From Felis catus (taxonomy: Eukaryota), in assembly GCF_018350175.1 (NCBI RefSeq), contig NC_058368.1:17176001-17240000 (forward strand): a stretch of DNA of 64,000 nucleotides, read 5' to 3'. This document shows positions 1 through 12,510 of the stretch, in pieces. The translations under genes and the position numbers were made by a program. The notes beneath the pieces were generated by a model. The model did no database searches. It was not told the DNA's origin and saw only the letters and a list, made by a program, of their open reading frames with translations. Every line of letters begins with the position of its first letter. The first letter of the stretch is position 1.

Positions 1-106
1 AAAATGATAAATGGTAGAAACTAGGGGTAGACACAGATGTCCTCTACAAACTTCTTTCAACTTTGCAGTATGTTTTCGAAATTTTTCATAACATATGTTG
101 GAAAAA
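1..106 (+). mobile_element. 3' end of an ancient L1 (L1MC4/5-like), truncated by window edge
   Basis: 'cttctttcaactttgcagtatgttttcgaaatttttcataacatatgttggaaaaa' resembles the L1MC 3' terminus (recalled consensus). Confidence 0.6.
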
Positions 107-537
107 GTGGCCTTGTAAAAAATGAAATTATTGTGTTAATAGTCAAGTTTACTTTAATTTTCATATTTATTATTACACTGGCACTTTGAAAACTTAATTA
201 TATAAAATTTTATTAGCTATCCTTCCAAAAAACTCTCCGATTGTTACTTCTTCATGAGAAAAGTTTTGAGATTCAAAAAATAAAGTGCTCAGTTTCTGTC
301 TTTATCCAATGTCAGAATCTTAGAGTAAGTTGTGCCATAAAATGTCGCATGGTCCATTTTCCTACTCCAGCACTCTAAGGCAGAAAGAATCCTGATCCAA
401 CAATGCCCTCCATAGGATGCCCATTAGGCCCGCATGTTTGGTGCTTCTGGCATTAAGAGAAACTTAAATCCCTTATACTTTAAGACCTGGACAGCACTAA
501 TAACAGGAAAAACCAGTGAGGCAGAAAGCTAGGATAC

Positions 538-743
538 GGGCATCTGGGTGGCTCAGCAGGTTGAGCGTCTGACTTCAGCTCAGGTCGTGATCTTGGCGTT
601 GGTGAATCCAAGCTCCACATGGAGCTCTCTGCTGTCAGTGGGAGCTTGCTTTGAAACCCCTGTCCCTCCTCTGCTTACGTGCTCTCGTTCAAAAATAAAA
701 AATAAAATATTACAAGGAAAAAAGTAAAAAAAAAAAAAAAAAA
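538..743 (+). mobile_element. CanSINE (older felid subfamily)
   Basis: gggcatctgggtggctcag head, tRNA-like A/B boxes, A tail, TSD aaagctaggata/aaagccaggata. Confidence 0.9.
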
Positions 744-792
744 GCCAGGATATAGCAACTTTTCTCAAACTCTTCTTAAAACAGAAAGTGCA

Positions 793-1027
793 AAGACACC
801 TGGGTGGCTCAGTTGATGACTGTCCGACTTCGACTCAGGTCACGATCTTGTGGTCCATGAGTTCGAGCTCTGCGACAGGCTCTGTGCTGACAGCTTGGAG
901 CCTGGAGCCTGCTTCAGATTCTGTGTTTCCCTCTCTCTGTATGCCTCCCCCACTCGTGCTCTGTCTGTCTCACTCTCTCTCTCAAAAATAAATAAACGTT
1001 AAATGTTTTAAAAATTAAATTAAATAA
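793..1027 (+). mobile_element. CanSINE (SINEC_Fc2-like)
   Basis: cacctgggtggctcag head, gttcgagc B box, (CT)n, aataaataaacgtt tail, TSD aaagtgca. Confidence 0.92.
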
Positions 1028-1714
1028 AAAGTGCATCCTGGAAAGATAATTTTGTTGGATCAAGAATATCAACTATCTTCATTTCAAATTAATTAATCTA
1101 ATTGACACCATTAATTACCAATACCTGTCATTTTTTAAAGAAGGTTTCAGTGAATAGCTTCTAACAAATTATTTCACAGGTATTGTTGATTAGTATTGCA
1201 AGTGTTTTATAGAAATGAGAAAAAATTTAAAAGAGAATCCAGAATAACTCAAATTTGTTATAGTGGCACCCAAATAACCAAATAAAAAACTCAGAAGTCC
1301 AGAAACAGTGATTTTCTTCAGATATTGAAATTCAACCACAATGTTTTGTTTTTCTCTGTTTTGTCCTAGTTAATTAAAATATTCAAAAACAATGTATTTT
1401 TCTCATCACTGATCAAATTATTTTTTCTGACTATAGATAGAATCATGCTGTTGGTAGGCTGATCTAAACATTTAGCAAGTTAAGAAAATGCCAGTACATT
1501 TCAATATATACAATGTAAAATAATACAATATTGCAATAATTATTTTCTCATCTCTAATATGGATTGTATAATAAGGTATACTTATTTTATATTTGATTTC
1601 AATCTACTCGCTATACCTTAACGTAATCTCTAATTCTTTTATCCAAAGATTTCCATTGAGTGCCTAACCCTGCCAAGCACTTTCTGGAGCTCCTCGTTTA
1701 GAAATTTAGCTTCC

Positions 1715-1907
1715 AGGGCACCTGGGTGGCTCAGTCGGTTAAGCGTTGGACTCTTGATTTCAGCTCACTTCATGATCTCATGATTCATGAGACTGAGCCC
1801 TGCGTCAGCCTTTGCACTGAGTCCGGAGCCTGCTTGAGAGTCTCTTCCTTTTTCTCAGTCCCTCCCCTGCTTGCGTTCTAAGTAAATAAATAAACATATA
1901 AAAAAAA
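1715..1907 (+). mobile_element. CanSINE (SINEC_Fc3-like)
   Basis: agggcacctgggtggctcagtcggttaagc head; outer TSD agaaatttagcttcc (1700-1714)/agaaatttaacttcc (2163-2177). Confidence 0.92.
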
Positions 1908-1914
1908 GAAATTT

Positions 1915-2162
1915 GGGGTGCCTGGGTAGGTCAGTTGGTTAAACGTCCGACTTCAGCTAGGGTCATGATCTTACAGTTTGTGAGTTTGAGTCCTGCATCG
2001 GGCTCTGCGCTGACAGTTCAGAGCCTGGATCCTGTTTCAGATTCTGTGACCCTCTCTCGCTCTGCCCCTCTCCTCCTCATACTCTCTCTCTCTCTCTCTC
2101 TCTTTGTGTGTCAAGAAGAAACATTAAAAAATTAACGTAAAATAAAAAATAAAATAAAATAA
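1915..2162 (+). mobile_element. CanSINE inserted into the tail/TSD of the preceding SINE
   Basis: ggggtgcctgggt head; own TSD aaagaaattt (1905-1914, 2161-2170). Confidence 0.92.
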
Positions 2163-3229
2163 AGAAATTTAACTTCCTATCCTCAGAAAGCTTGTAGTCC
2201 TTTGCCACATAGCACAAGTGCTAGAATATAAATATGTGAACGATATTTTGCAGCACTTAAAAGTGGTTCTTAACTGAGCCCGGGAGCGTCAAAAAAGGCC
2301 TCACAAACACAATAAGGCTTATAAAGAGTCTTGGGAAATGAACAAGAGTTTATCAAATGGAGAAGGCTCAGAGAAGAGACTATTCTTAACACAACTAAGG
2401 GGACCTGCAAAGACAAAGCTGTGAAAACATTGTATATTCGAGGAAAAATAATTTACTACTGTTGAACCATGGGAAGCACACAGGTAGGCTGGAGACATGA
2501 TGAGCCTAGAGAGATAAACTAGAAAGAGATTAGGCAGGTCTCTTACACAGCAAGCTAAGGAATTTTGGATCTGCACCATAACAACAGGGACACGAGGAAG
2601 AATTTAAGCATGTAGGTACTCTAAACAGAAGTGTTCGTGGATGCTGGCTGACTAAAACCTAATAGCTGTGGCCTTAACTCATCTCCCTGACCACACGATG
2701 CTGATTTTAGTGATCTCTCTCCAATTCTCCGGTATAGGCTCTGGCTGCCACCAAGACCACAGTTATATGCCAGATATCCCGACCAGTTCAGCTTATCCGT
2801 ACTAGATACACCTTGTTTCTCCCGTTGCCTGGATGCATGCAACAAGCCCGTGCTTTCCTTTGTAGAAACTAGGACGGTAGAGAAACACCAAAGATGATGA
2901 TTGTAATGTTCCCAGGATGGGAAACGGTAGACACAGCTATTCATAGCTGGGCTTTGCGCTCGGATCTATAGTACTCCAAGCCTGGTGGAGGGAGTTGGGC
3001 AAGTTAACTGACATTCCCTCCTCTGTAAAATAAATTAACAGCGGTAAGTTTAAAGCCTAAGTACTAAAACAGAAGCCCTAAAATATGAGGTAGTACACAA
3101 GTTACACGTTTATTTCTCTTATGAAATAGTCTGGAGTTTACTGACCGGACAGTAGTTCTACTATCCTTCACACAGAGTTTTCTTTCCTGGGTTAAAAAGG
3201 GCGCTGCTCTAGTTCTCACCAAGGCCGGG

Positions 3230-3420
3230 GAAGTGCACACACATTTCTTTCTTGAGGGCATGATCCAGATCATACGAATCACTTCTGTTCATAACTGCAT
3301 TAGCCCAGAGGGGCTGTAAGGGAGGCTTGGAAATGCGTTCTGACCAGGGAGTCACATGTCCAGCTGAAACTCAGAACTGCTGTCACTTAAAAGGGAAGAA
3401 TATGCATGGATAGCACAGTG
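3230..3420 (-). mobile_element. MaLR LTR fragment (MLT1J/K/L-like)
   Basis: gctgtaagggaggcttggaaatg...cacatgtccagctgaaactcaga is typical of old MLT1. Confidence 0.45.
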
Positions 3421-4005
3421 AGAACTGTGAAGGTCTACTGGGTTTCACACAATAACGTGGGATGTTTAGCACGGTAACAGACACGTAGTGAGCAATCAAC
3501 ACCGTAGCTTGCATTTATAGTAATTATTGTTATCACAAGTTCTTATGGGCACCAATCCAAAGGAAGGCCTGCGTTATCCAGCTAGGCTCTGGGCCCAGAA
3601 GAAACCGTGTTGTCAACTGAAAACCAGGGCTAGCATTAGTGAGGATCCCTCCCAACAACAAAAAAAAATCTACTACAATCCCTTTCAATTGTGAAACGTT
3701 ATTCACTTTATCTTGGGTGGCCTGAGATATTTTTTTTTTCCTGTTTCAGCTCAGGATTCCAAGAATAATTACATCACGTTCAGAGATTCTTAGCAGGATG
3801 AACTTCTGTTTCCATGACTAGCGCTAATGGGTTGTTTGAATTAAACAAATGGATTATGTATACTTTGCAACCGATTTGCTAATTGCCAGTAGGAATTATT
3901 TTTTGATATTTACTTCCTGAAAGCATTCCTTTAAAATAACTGAGGTATTGTTTCATTAAGTTCAAGTTTCAATGCCAATGAATTCGAAGAAAAAATACAC
4001 ATACC

Positions 4006-4006
4006 A

Positions 4007-4043
<37 letters not shown>

Positions 4044-4076
4044 GAAAGAAAGAAAGAAAGAAAGAAAGAAAAGAAG
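4006..4076. repeat. poly(A)/(GAAAA)n/(GAAA)n microsatellite
   Basis: direct reading. Confidence 0.95.
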
Positions 4077-4099
4077 AGGATATAAAAATAATTTTGAGA

Positions 4100-4890
4100 A
4101 AAAAGTTAAAAATAGAATTTCCATATGATCTAGCAGTTCCACTTCTGGGTATAAACTCAAAGAATTAAAAACAAGAATTCAGGGGCACCTGGGGGGCTCA
4201 ATCAGTGAAGCATCCAACTCTTGATTTTGGTTCAGGAGTTCTCGTAGTTCATGAGTTTGAGCCCCACACTGGGCTGTGTGCTGACAGTGTGGAGCCTGCT
4301 TGGGATTCTCTGTTTCCCTCTCTCTATGCCCCCCTTCTGTCTTGTTCTCTCTCTCTCCCAAAATTAAGTAAATAAACATTAAAAAAAAAGAATTCAGCAG
4401 AGATTTGAACACCCATGTTCATAACAGCATTATTCACAGTAGTCATAAGGTGGAAACAATCCAGTGTCCCTCGACCAATAAATGGATAAACAAAATGTGG
4501 TCTATACATGCAATGGAATATTATTCATCCTTCAAAAGGGAGGACATTCTGAGATATGCTACCACATGGGTGAACCTTGAGGACATTGTGCTAAGTGAAA
4601 TAACTGCATCATTAAAGGATAAATACCGTATGATTCCACTTGTATGATGTGCCTAGAGTAGTCGAGTGATAGACACAGAAAATAGAATGATGGGTACCAA
4701 TAGCTGGAGGTTGGGGAAGAGAAGAATTAGTGTTTAATGGGTACAGGGTTGTAGCTTGGGAAAGGGCAGACAATCCTGAAGATGATGGTGATGGCCACAC
4801 AACTGTGTGAATGCACTTAATGTCACTGAACTGTACATTTGAAATGGCATATTTTGTGTTGTGGATATCTTACAACAATTTTAAAAAAAA
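4100..4890 (+). mobile_element. L1MB-like 3' fragment (ORF2 C-terminus + 3'UTR), interrupted by a CanSINE
   Basis: degenerate ORF2 C-terminus (CPSTNKWINKMWSIHAMEYYS...WVNLEDIVLSEI) and L1MB-type 3'UTR ending in an A run. Confidence 0.88.
4182..4389 (+). mobile_element. CanSINE inside L1MB
   Basis: ggggcacctggg head, A tail, TSD aagaattca. Confidence 0.92.
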
Positions 4891-4911
4891 TGATTGTGAC
4901 AGGAATATATG

Positions 4912-5100
4912 TTTTATTTTTTGAATGTTTATTTTTGAGAGAGAGAGAGAGCAAGGGAGGGGCAGACACAGAATCCCAAGCAAGCTCCCGGCTCCAAGCT
5001 GTCAGCACAGAGCCTGACACAGGGCTCTAACCTACGAGCAGTGAGATCACAACCTGAGCCGAAGTGGGGCACTCAACTGATGAAGCCACCCAGGTGCCCC
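4912..5100 (-). mobile_element. CanSINE
   Basis: reverse head cccaggtgcccc at 5089-5100, (GA)n, T tail; TSD-like aggaat..gtttt. Confidence 0.9.
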
Positions 5101-5785
5101 AGGAATGTTTTAACTACATTGAGTTCCTTCTCCTGGATAACCTGTCTCCCTGTTGGTCCTGTTACTATCATTAAGGATCAGCCAGAGGGACCCTAACTAA
5201 CTAACATGGGCCAGAGGCAACCCTACGTCAGTGTAGACATATATGTACATGGTATGCATTACTAGTGTTCCTAAGTTAAGAGAGCCTTAGCATATGTTCA
5301 TGAGTGATTTCCTAAGAGAAAAAAATAATACTGTTTTCTCTTATGAATGAACAGTACTTTTTTTTATTAATTTAGGGATTCATTCACTTATTCATTTTTT
5401 TCATTCATCTACTGATACGTGTCCACTGTAGGTTTAGTCATTCCACCTTTCCTTTTCCAGGTCCTCTTTGTGTCGTAAAATGACATTGCTGAATCTTAGA
5501 GCTGGAAGAAGTGAGAGGCTGAGGCAGAGAAATGACCCCCAGAGTTCACGCCTGTGGATGGGAGCTTCAGAAATATCTAGAAATGTCAATAGCATATACA
5601 CATCTTAAGGAATTTCTGGTTTTTAAATATTTAGAGATATGATATCAGTCCTTTATTTGCAAAGAGACTCAACTCAAACTGGCTTAATGACTAAGGGTCT
5701 TCTGCTGTTCATAGTGGAACCCCGGCTTCAGAGATGACTGGACTCAGGGAAAGTAGAAGTCTGTTTCTATGTCCTTGTCTTTTAA

Positions 5786-5787
<2 letters not shown>

Positions 5788-5822
<35 letters not shown>

Positions 5823-5837
5823 TGTGTGTCTGTGTGT
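5788..5837. repeat. (GT)n microsatellite
   Basis: direct reading. Confidence 0.97.
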
Positions 5838-6081
5838 TTCCTCTGGCTTCATTGTCTCCTACTGTCAGTTACTCTATTCCTCATTTACGCTGCTGCATCC
5901 ACATTGCTATTTTCCCCTGGTTTCAGAATACTGTAGGCATGAGCCTGCCTTAAGGTTTTCCTTTTACTATTCTTTCACCTTGAGCCCTCTTCCCTCCGGT
6001 ATCCACATGGCTCACTCCATTTCATTCAGATCAAATGCCACCTTGTTGGCGAAATCTTCCCTAATTACAATATTTGAAATA

Positions 6082-6083
<2 letters not shown>

Positions 6084-6125
<42 letters not shown>
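6084..6125. repeat. (AC)n microsatellite
   Basis: direct reading. Confidence 0.97.
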
Positions 6126-6128
<3 letters not shown>

Positions 6129-6273
6129 CTTACACACAACCCTATCAACTCTAACCCTCCTTACTCTGTTTATTTTTTTCATAGCACTTATAACTTGTTG
6201 TGAACTAAAATGTAGGCTTCACATGAGTAGAGACATTTTTTTTTTCCTCTCGTTGTATCCCTAGTTTCTAGAC

Positions 6274-6586
6274 CAGGGATCGGCAAACTAGGGCCAACTG
6301 CCAAATTTGCACCACATGTTTTTATATGGCTTATGAGCTATGAAAAGTTTTTACCTTTTCAGATGGTTGAAAAAGATCAAAAGAAGAATAATATCTTGTG
6401 ACCAGTGACAATATACAACTCAAATTTCCATGTCCGTAAGAAATATTATGGGACACAATTATATTCACTTATTTACATGTTGTCTATGTCTGCTTCACTC
6501 TACTGTGACAGAGTTGGGAAATTAGGACAGAGACCACATGTGCTCGGGAAAGCCTAAACTTTGTAGGAAAAGTTTGCAGACTCTTG
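6274..6586 (+). mobile_element. MER58B-like hAT-Charlie MITE
   Basis: TIRs cagggatcggcaaact / agtttgcagactcttg; 8-bp NTCTAGAN-type TSD ttctagac/gtctagaa. Confidence 0.85.
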
Positions 6587-6850
6587 GTCTAGAACAATAC
6601 CTGGCATGTCAAGATTGATGAAATAGATAATGAACAAGTGTGCTTGTGCTTTCTGAATAACAAACCCCTTTCAGAGATCTGAAAGGGGTTCTGTGTCCTC
6701 ATCAGTTCCTCTGATAAAAGGATTTAACTTCCTCTAGTGATAAAGGAATTGGTACAGGATCTAAAAAATTATGCCACCGTTTAAAAAAGAATAGAATAAG
6801 AACAAATAACAATAATATTACAACATAGTATATAAAAATTATGAAGAATA

Positions 6851-7057
6851 GGGGCGCCTGGGTGGCGCAGTCGGTTAAGCACCCGACTTCAGCCGGGTCA
6901 CGATCTCGCGGTCCGTGAGTTCGAGCCCCGCGTCGGGCTCTGGGCTGATGGCTCAGAGCCTGGAGCCTGTTTCCGATTCTGTGTCTCCCTCTCTCTCTGC
7001 CCCTCGCCCGTTCATGCTCTGTCTCTCTCTGTCCCAAAAATAAATAAACGTTGAAAA
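6851..7057 (+). mobile_element. Young CanSINE (SINEC_Fc type)
   Basis: ggggcgcctgggtggcgcag...tgggctgatggctcagagcc diagnostics, CpGs retained, perfect 15-bp TSD aaaaattatgaagaa. Confidence 0.97.
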
Positions 7058-7433
7058 AAAAATTATGAAGAACCATATCTCCAGGAACTTAATAAATAAT
7101 GAAATATTCATCTCTATACTTTACATTGTCCTTAAATCCCTAAATTTATTCATTTTCTTTTTTTCTACTATAATACACCCAAGTCATTTCCTGATACATC
7201 CTTTTCTTCCGATGTGTCCTTTAGCTAAATTAAACATGACTCTCAGTTCCCAAACATACCTGATCTTTCTTACTCCAGTCTCCCTGCACCTTCTTCTCCC
7301 TCCGCCTGAGACATTTTCTTTTTTGCCCACCTGGTGATGCTTGCTTGCCATTCAAAACATGAGAGAGCTCAAACACCAGCACTGCCTCACCACTGCAGTG
7401 TGATAACATCCATACCTGAGGGCAAATCTCTGC

Positions 7434-7700
7434 ATTCATTCATTCATTCATTCATTCATTCATTCTTTTGCTAGTGTATTCATTTGTTTATTCATTCAAC
7501 AGATACTTATTAGAAAACCACTACATAACAGGCATTCCTCTAGATTCTAGGGCTACGGCAGATATAAAGAGAGATTTCATTTCACTTTCATGGAAGTAAA
7601 ATTTTATGGGAGGAAAAGACAGCATAGTGTTACATAAATATTATGGCAAACAGTGATGTGAGCAATAGAAAACAAAAATAAATTGATTGCAATGATCATG
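7434..7700 (-). mobile_element. L2 3' end with expanded (ATTC)n tail
   Basis: (attc)n then cattcaacagatacttatt...ggcattcctctagattctaggg. Confidence 0.7.
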
Positions 7701-8296
7701 ATGAGAATGCGTTGTAATTCTGTGCTGTATCATATTTTGTCCGTATGTCTGGGCCCAGTTACAAATACCACTATGTGTGACTGTGTTTATGTTAAGCCTC
7801 CAGCGAGGGCTGTCTCATATTTGTTTTTATGCCCAGCACACAGCAGTGTGTGGTACATCATCAGTGTTGGATAGACAGAGGGAAGGTGGTTCAATGGATG
7901 CATAATACATGTTGTCGGTAGTTTGATTTCTCTATGTAGAAAGTGGCACACAGAGACAATAACTATGAGAATATTTTGAAATATTAGAAATATTACACTG
8001 ATATCACAACTATGACATTTATGAGAAAAAAAGAGGTTAGAAATCATTGATGTTGAAAGCCCATTTTAAAAAGGAGCATAAGAGCAAAAAACAGGTGAAA
8101 TATTCAGAGTAAATTTAACATTATGTGAGTAGAACGAGCTTCTGTTGCTGGAACTGAATCAGATCATTTTTTTAGTCAGTAAGTTCATCACTTTGTACCT
8201 CATCTATGTAGCTAAAATCTGGAAGTGCCACTCTCTCACAGTATTAAAGCAGCCCTTATTGTTAAGCTGGACTGACCACTATTTTAAGATTTCACT

Positions 8297-8510
8297 TTTC
8301 TAATCTTCATTTACTTATTTTTGAGAAGGAGAGAAAGAGAGAGCAGAGAGGGGCAGGGAGAGAGGGAGAGAGAGAATCCCAAGCAGGGTCCATGAACTGT
8401 CGGCACGGAGCCCAATGCAGGACTCGAATTCACGAACCAAATGGTGAGATCATGACCTGAGCTGAAACTGAGAGTCAGATGCTTAACCGACTGAGCCACC
8501 CAAGCATCCC
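8297..8510 (-). mobile_element. CanSINE
   Basis: reverse head, TSD aagatttcacttt/aagatttcatttt. Confidence 0.92.
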
Positions 8511-10479
8511 AAGATTTCATTTTTTATCCATTGATTCTCTGCTATGAGAACAAGGATAAAAAAGCATTTTCTCAAACTAATTATTTTCATGTCTAATAAA
8601 AAATTTAAAAGGCATAAGTGTCCAAGAATGATAGTATTTAAAACGTTTTAAATTTTAAATTTAAAAAATGGGTAAATGCCATACTCATTTTCCAGGATTT
8701 GATGTTCAATATATTCAACTGTATTCAGTAGCTTTGAATGATGAAAATTAAATAAGCCACTGTAATTTTTTGAGAATTTACTTTTTCAAAAGAATCAGAA
8801 AAGGTCAAGATTATTTGTTGATGTCATAGTTTCTCAGAACTTTTCCAAGATATGTAGAGAAAGGCAGGGAAGACGGCTCTGAAATACTAGTTTCAAGAAA
8901 TACCACTTCATACCAAAAGAATTATGTGTGTGTGTGCATGCGTGTGTGTGCATACCTATGTGTATTTTCATGCTGAGAGCACGGCGATAACATAAACAAT
9001 CGGGAATGTTCTTGAAAAAGCCTTACTCCCATGTGGTAGAAATAGAGATTACACTGTATTTGCTGTTGACATATCAATCCTAATTATAGAGGCTCAGTGT
9101 CTCAGGGTGATTCTTTCTTTAGACATTCGAAGACACTTCCATTGAAAGAAAGACAGTTGCTCAAGTGTGTCATGTATTAATGCCTGAGAACAGAATGAAT
9201 AGGGTGGGAAGGCCTAGATTCTACAATTCACTTCCCCTCTACTACAATAGAATCCCTATTTATTGACCTTTGTGGCCAAGTGCAAAAAGAATACCTTTTG
9301 CCTCAATTTCTGAGAATTAGAAGAAAAATGAATTCTGTTGCCTGGAATAACATTTTCTCCTAGTCATCTGCCTAACAAATAGTGTCCTGTATCTCATTTC
9401 TGTGTTTACAAATGGTAACCATCTTGCAGGATGTCTCTGAATCTCAGAGTTTTCTGTCTTCAAAGATTAAAGTATAAGATAGAGAAAAGATATCTGACCA
9501 TCATCTGTTTACATAAAACTGACTTTTGAGTCATAGAAATAGTTACAAGATACTTCTGAAATAATCATTAATATGATTGATTCTAATTGATTGGACTATA
9601 TGAAAACATAATTATTGGTTAATAAAGGAGCAGCTTAATCTTACTCAGGGGGTTAAAAATGTGCTTAGAGTATTGTCCGTCTTGACACTGAGGTCACCTG
9701 AAAGTCCATTTATCAAAAATTAGTAACAGTCTTCATCAACTAACCAAAACGGATCACCTCTAGAACCACTCAAGGGTTAGTCATTATCATACCCAAAGAG
9801 AACAAAGCAAAATCCGTAAACAGAGAGCAAATCTGGATATTGCTCAAGATACAACTCAAATAATCTGGTTATTAACACAAGCTAAAGGTCTGTGATGCCA
9901 ATAACAGAAAATACCTAAAAGATTAGAAGGATTAGTTTCACAGGGCACCACGCTAAACAACTGAAAAATGTTCTAGTATACTGCAAATTCATTCAATGTG
10001 AGTAATAACTTGTTCCTTGTGATATTTAATATTTGAAAAGCATTGATAATGTGCTTGGCTCTGCTCAAAGCTCAGAGAGGGCACAGCTTCAGGATGGCAC
10101 ATAGTGTCCACTTTCCATCCATCACAACTGTTACTCTTGCTTGACTTCTTTTGTTCAATGACCGCTTTCCTTTTCGTGCCCACACCCCAACCCAGTACAT
10201 GCCTGTCTCATGATGACACCCTCAAAAGGAAAAAGTACTCAATCCCCATGATGCTTGACTTGGTTCTTTTGGGGGCTAGAGCCTAAAGACTCTAGATATT
10301 AAATTATTACTCGTAATAGGAGAGCTTCCAATGTATGAACACAGTAATATTCAAGTCTGTAATGAATTCTCATTTATTTTACCTATTTCTCAACATAGAC
10401 ATACCGACTTTGTAATTGTGCTAGGACCTACAGATTTAAAACCAAATGGCAGGTTCAGAATGTTACAAGTAGTTTCATA

Positions 10480-10945
10480 TGGATGGCTAGAGAGATGGGC
10501 TAGCTTGGAGAAGCAGAGATGAACATTACCAGTGCATAAAGAACCACGCATGCTAAGCAAAGGGATCATGAAGTTTATCCTGAAAGCTATAAAGAGCCAT
10601 TGAGGCCACATTAAGTCGTTACTACAGACATAATCACATTAATGTTGCAGAAAGATCACCATCGCAGCAGCATGAAGGTGGCCCACATTAGAAACAGGGG
10701 AAAAGACAGGAAAAGAAGGCAGCAATCCAAGAAATAAAAGGTTACAGCTTTTATTCAAGCAGTGGAAATATAAGTGGAGTAAAAAAGAAAGATTTAAAGA
10801 TATTAAGGAAGTCGACTCTAAAAAACTTGGAAATGAATAGATGTAATCTAAGTGAAAGTGAAGGATGAATCAGGAAAGAATTCAAGATCCATTTCAAGTC
10901 TCTAGCTCGGATGACTGACTTTGTAATGGCAACTGGGAGAGGAGC
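10480..10945 (-). mobile_element. L2 internal fragment
   Basis: ttgcagaaagatcac, gatttaaagatattaaggaagt...aacttggaaatgaatagatgt motifs. Confidence 0.6.
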
Positions 10946-10959
10946 AGAGCTTTACAAAA

Positions 10960-11590
10960 CAGCTTTATTGACATATAATGTATGCATCATACAATTCACC
11001 TATTTAATTAATATGTATAATCCAGTGGCTTTCACTATGTTCAGAGTTGTGCAACCATCATCACAATCAAATCTAAGACATTCTCGTTATCCCAAAAAGA
11101 AACACCATACCCTTCAGTTGTCATTCTCAACACCCCTTCCCGTCTCCCCCAAGCCTATGTAACCTTTAATCTACTTCCAGTCTCTATAGATTTTATGTCA
11201 ATCTAGGACACTTCATATAAATGGAATTACATAGTACGTGGTCCTTGGTGACCAGCTTCTTTCACTTAGAATCATGTTTCCAAGGTTCCTTGTTGTAGCA
11301 TGCATCAGTACATTATATTTTTTCTTACTGAAAGATATTTCATTATATTTCATTTCATTATATGCCATCCTTTATTTATCTCCATTTATCAGTTGATGGG
11401 CATTTGAATTGTTTCCAGTTTTTGGCTTTTATGAATAAAGCTGCTATGAACACTTAATGTGTAAGTTTTTGTGTAGACCTGTGTTTTCGTTTCTCTTAGG
11501 TATATATCTAGGAGTATTATTGCATCACATTGTAACTTTGTTTAAACTTTTGTAGAACTCCCAAAATGTTTTCTAAACTTTTTTAAAAGT

Positions 11591-11629
<39 letters not shown>

Positions 11630-12510
11630 GAGGAAGGGTGGGCAGAGAGAGAGGGAGAGAGAGAATCCCAAGTAGGCTCTGCACTGTCAACACAGAGCAC
11701 GACGCGGGGCTAGATCCCATGGACCGGGAGATCATGACCTGAGCTGAAATCAAGAGTTGGATGCTTAACCGACTGAGCCACCCAGCCACCCCAGTATGTT
11801 TTCTAAAATGGCTGCATCATATTATATTCCCACCAGCAGTAGATGAGGACTCAAATATCTCCACCAATATTGATTGGATCAATACTGATTATTCTCTAAC
11901 CTTTTTATTCTAGAAATCCTAAGGGAGGTGAAGTCGTTGCTCACTGTGATTTTGATTTGCATTCCTCTGGTGGCTAATAACATTGAGCATCTTTTCATGT
12001 GCTATTGGCTATTTGTATATCTTCTTTGGAGAAATGTCTATTTCTATATTTTGCCCATTTTTAATTGGGTCATTTGTCCATTTGCCTATTTGTGAGTTCT
12101 TTATATACTCTAAACACAAGTCCACTATTTGATATATGATTTGCAAGAATTTTCTCCCATTATGGAGTTGTCTTTTCACTTTCTTGATAGTGTCCTTTGA
12201 AGCACAAAAGACTTTAATGTTAATGATGTTCAGTTTATCTTATCTCTGTTTTGGCTTATACTTTGGGTGTGATTACTTAAGAAATCATTGCTTCCTCCAA
12301 GATTACAGAGATTTATACCTATGTTTTCTTCTAATAGTTTTATAGTTTTAGCTCTTATCCTTGTATCTTTAGTCCATTTTTAGTTAATCTTTGTATACAG
12401 TCTGAGGTGAGGGTCCAATGTCATTCTTTTGCACGTACGTATCCAGTTCTCTTAGCACAATTGTTGAAGGTACTATTTTTTCCCATTGAATTGTTTCAAC
12501 ACCCTTTCAA
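10960..12510 (-). mobile_element. L1MB-like 5'-truncated LINE (ORF2 3' part + 3'UTR)
   Basis: agctttattgacatataat 3' end; gttgatgggcatttg, ttttgatttgcatt, ggagaaatgtctatt antisense ORF2 motifs. Confidence 0.88.
11579..11792 (-). mobile_element. CanSINE with (TTTA)n tail inside L1MB
   Basis: reverse head, TSD atgttttctaaa. Confidence 0.92.

Larger units (their letters stand above)
1640..2620 (-). mobile_element. L2 LINE fragment interrupted by two CanSINEs
   Basis: ttgagtgcct...ccaagcact 3' end motif and purine-rich L2 body (ctaaggaattttggatct). Confidence 0.6.
5860..6640 (+). mobile_element. L2a-like 3' region, split by MER58B
   Basis: tcaaatgccacctt...catagcacttataac...ttgtatccctag|tctagaacaatacctggcat L2 3' motifs. 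Confidence 0.7.

Noticed and set aside
1040..1600. Possible hAT transposase remnant
   Set aside because: Only a vague resemblance; it needs a Dfam or tblastn search to support.
5734..6264. 176-aa ORF
   Set aside because: Made of (GT)n and (CA)n translations plus L2 sequence; no domain resemblance.
6851..6930. tRNA gene (A/B boxes)
   Set aside because: tRNA-Lys-derived SINE head, not a cloverleaf tRNA. Weak tRNA-like traces at ~21680 and ~59030 are too degraded to call.
6702..7076. 124-aa ORF and the many similar 60-120 aa ORFs (GAWVAQSVK, SSPASGSVLTAQSLEP)
   Set aside because: These are reading frames through CanSINEs.
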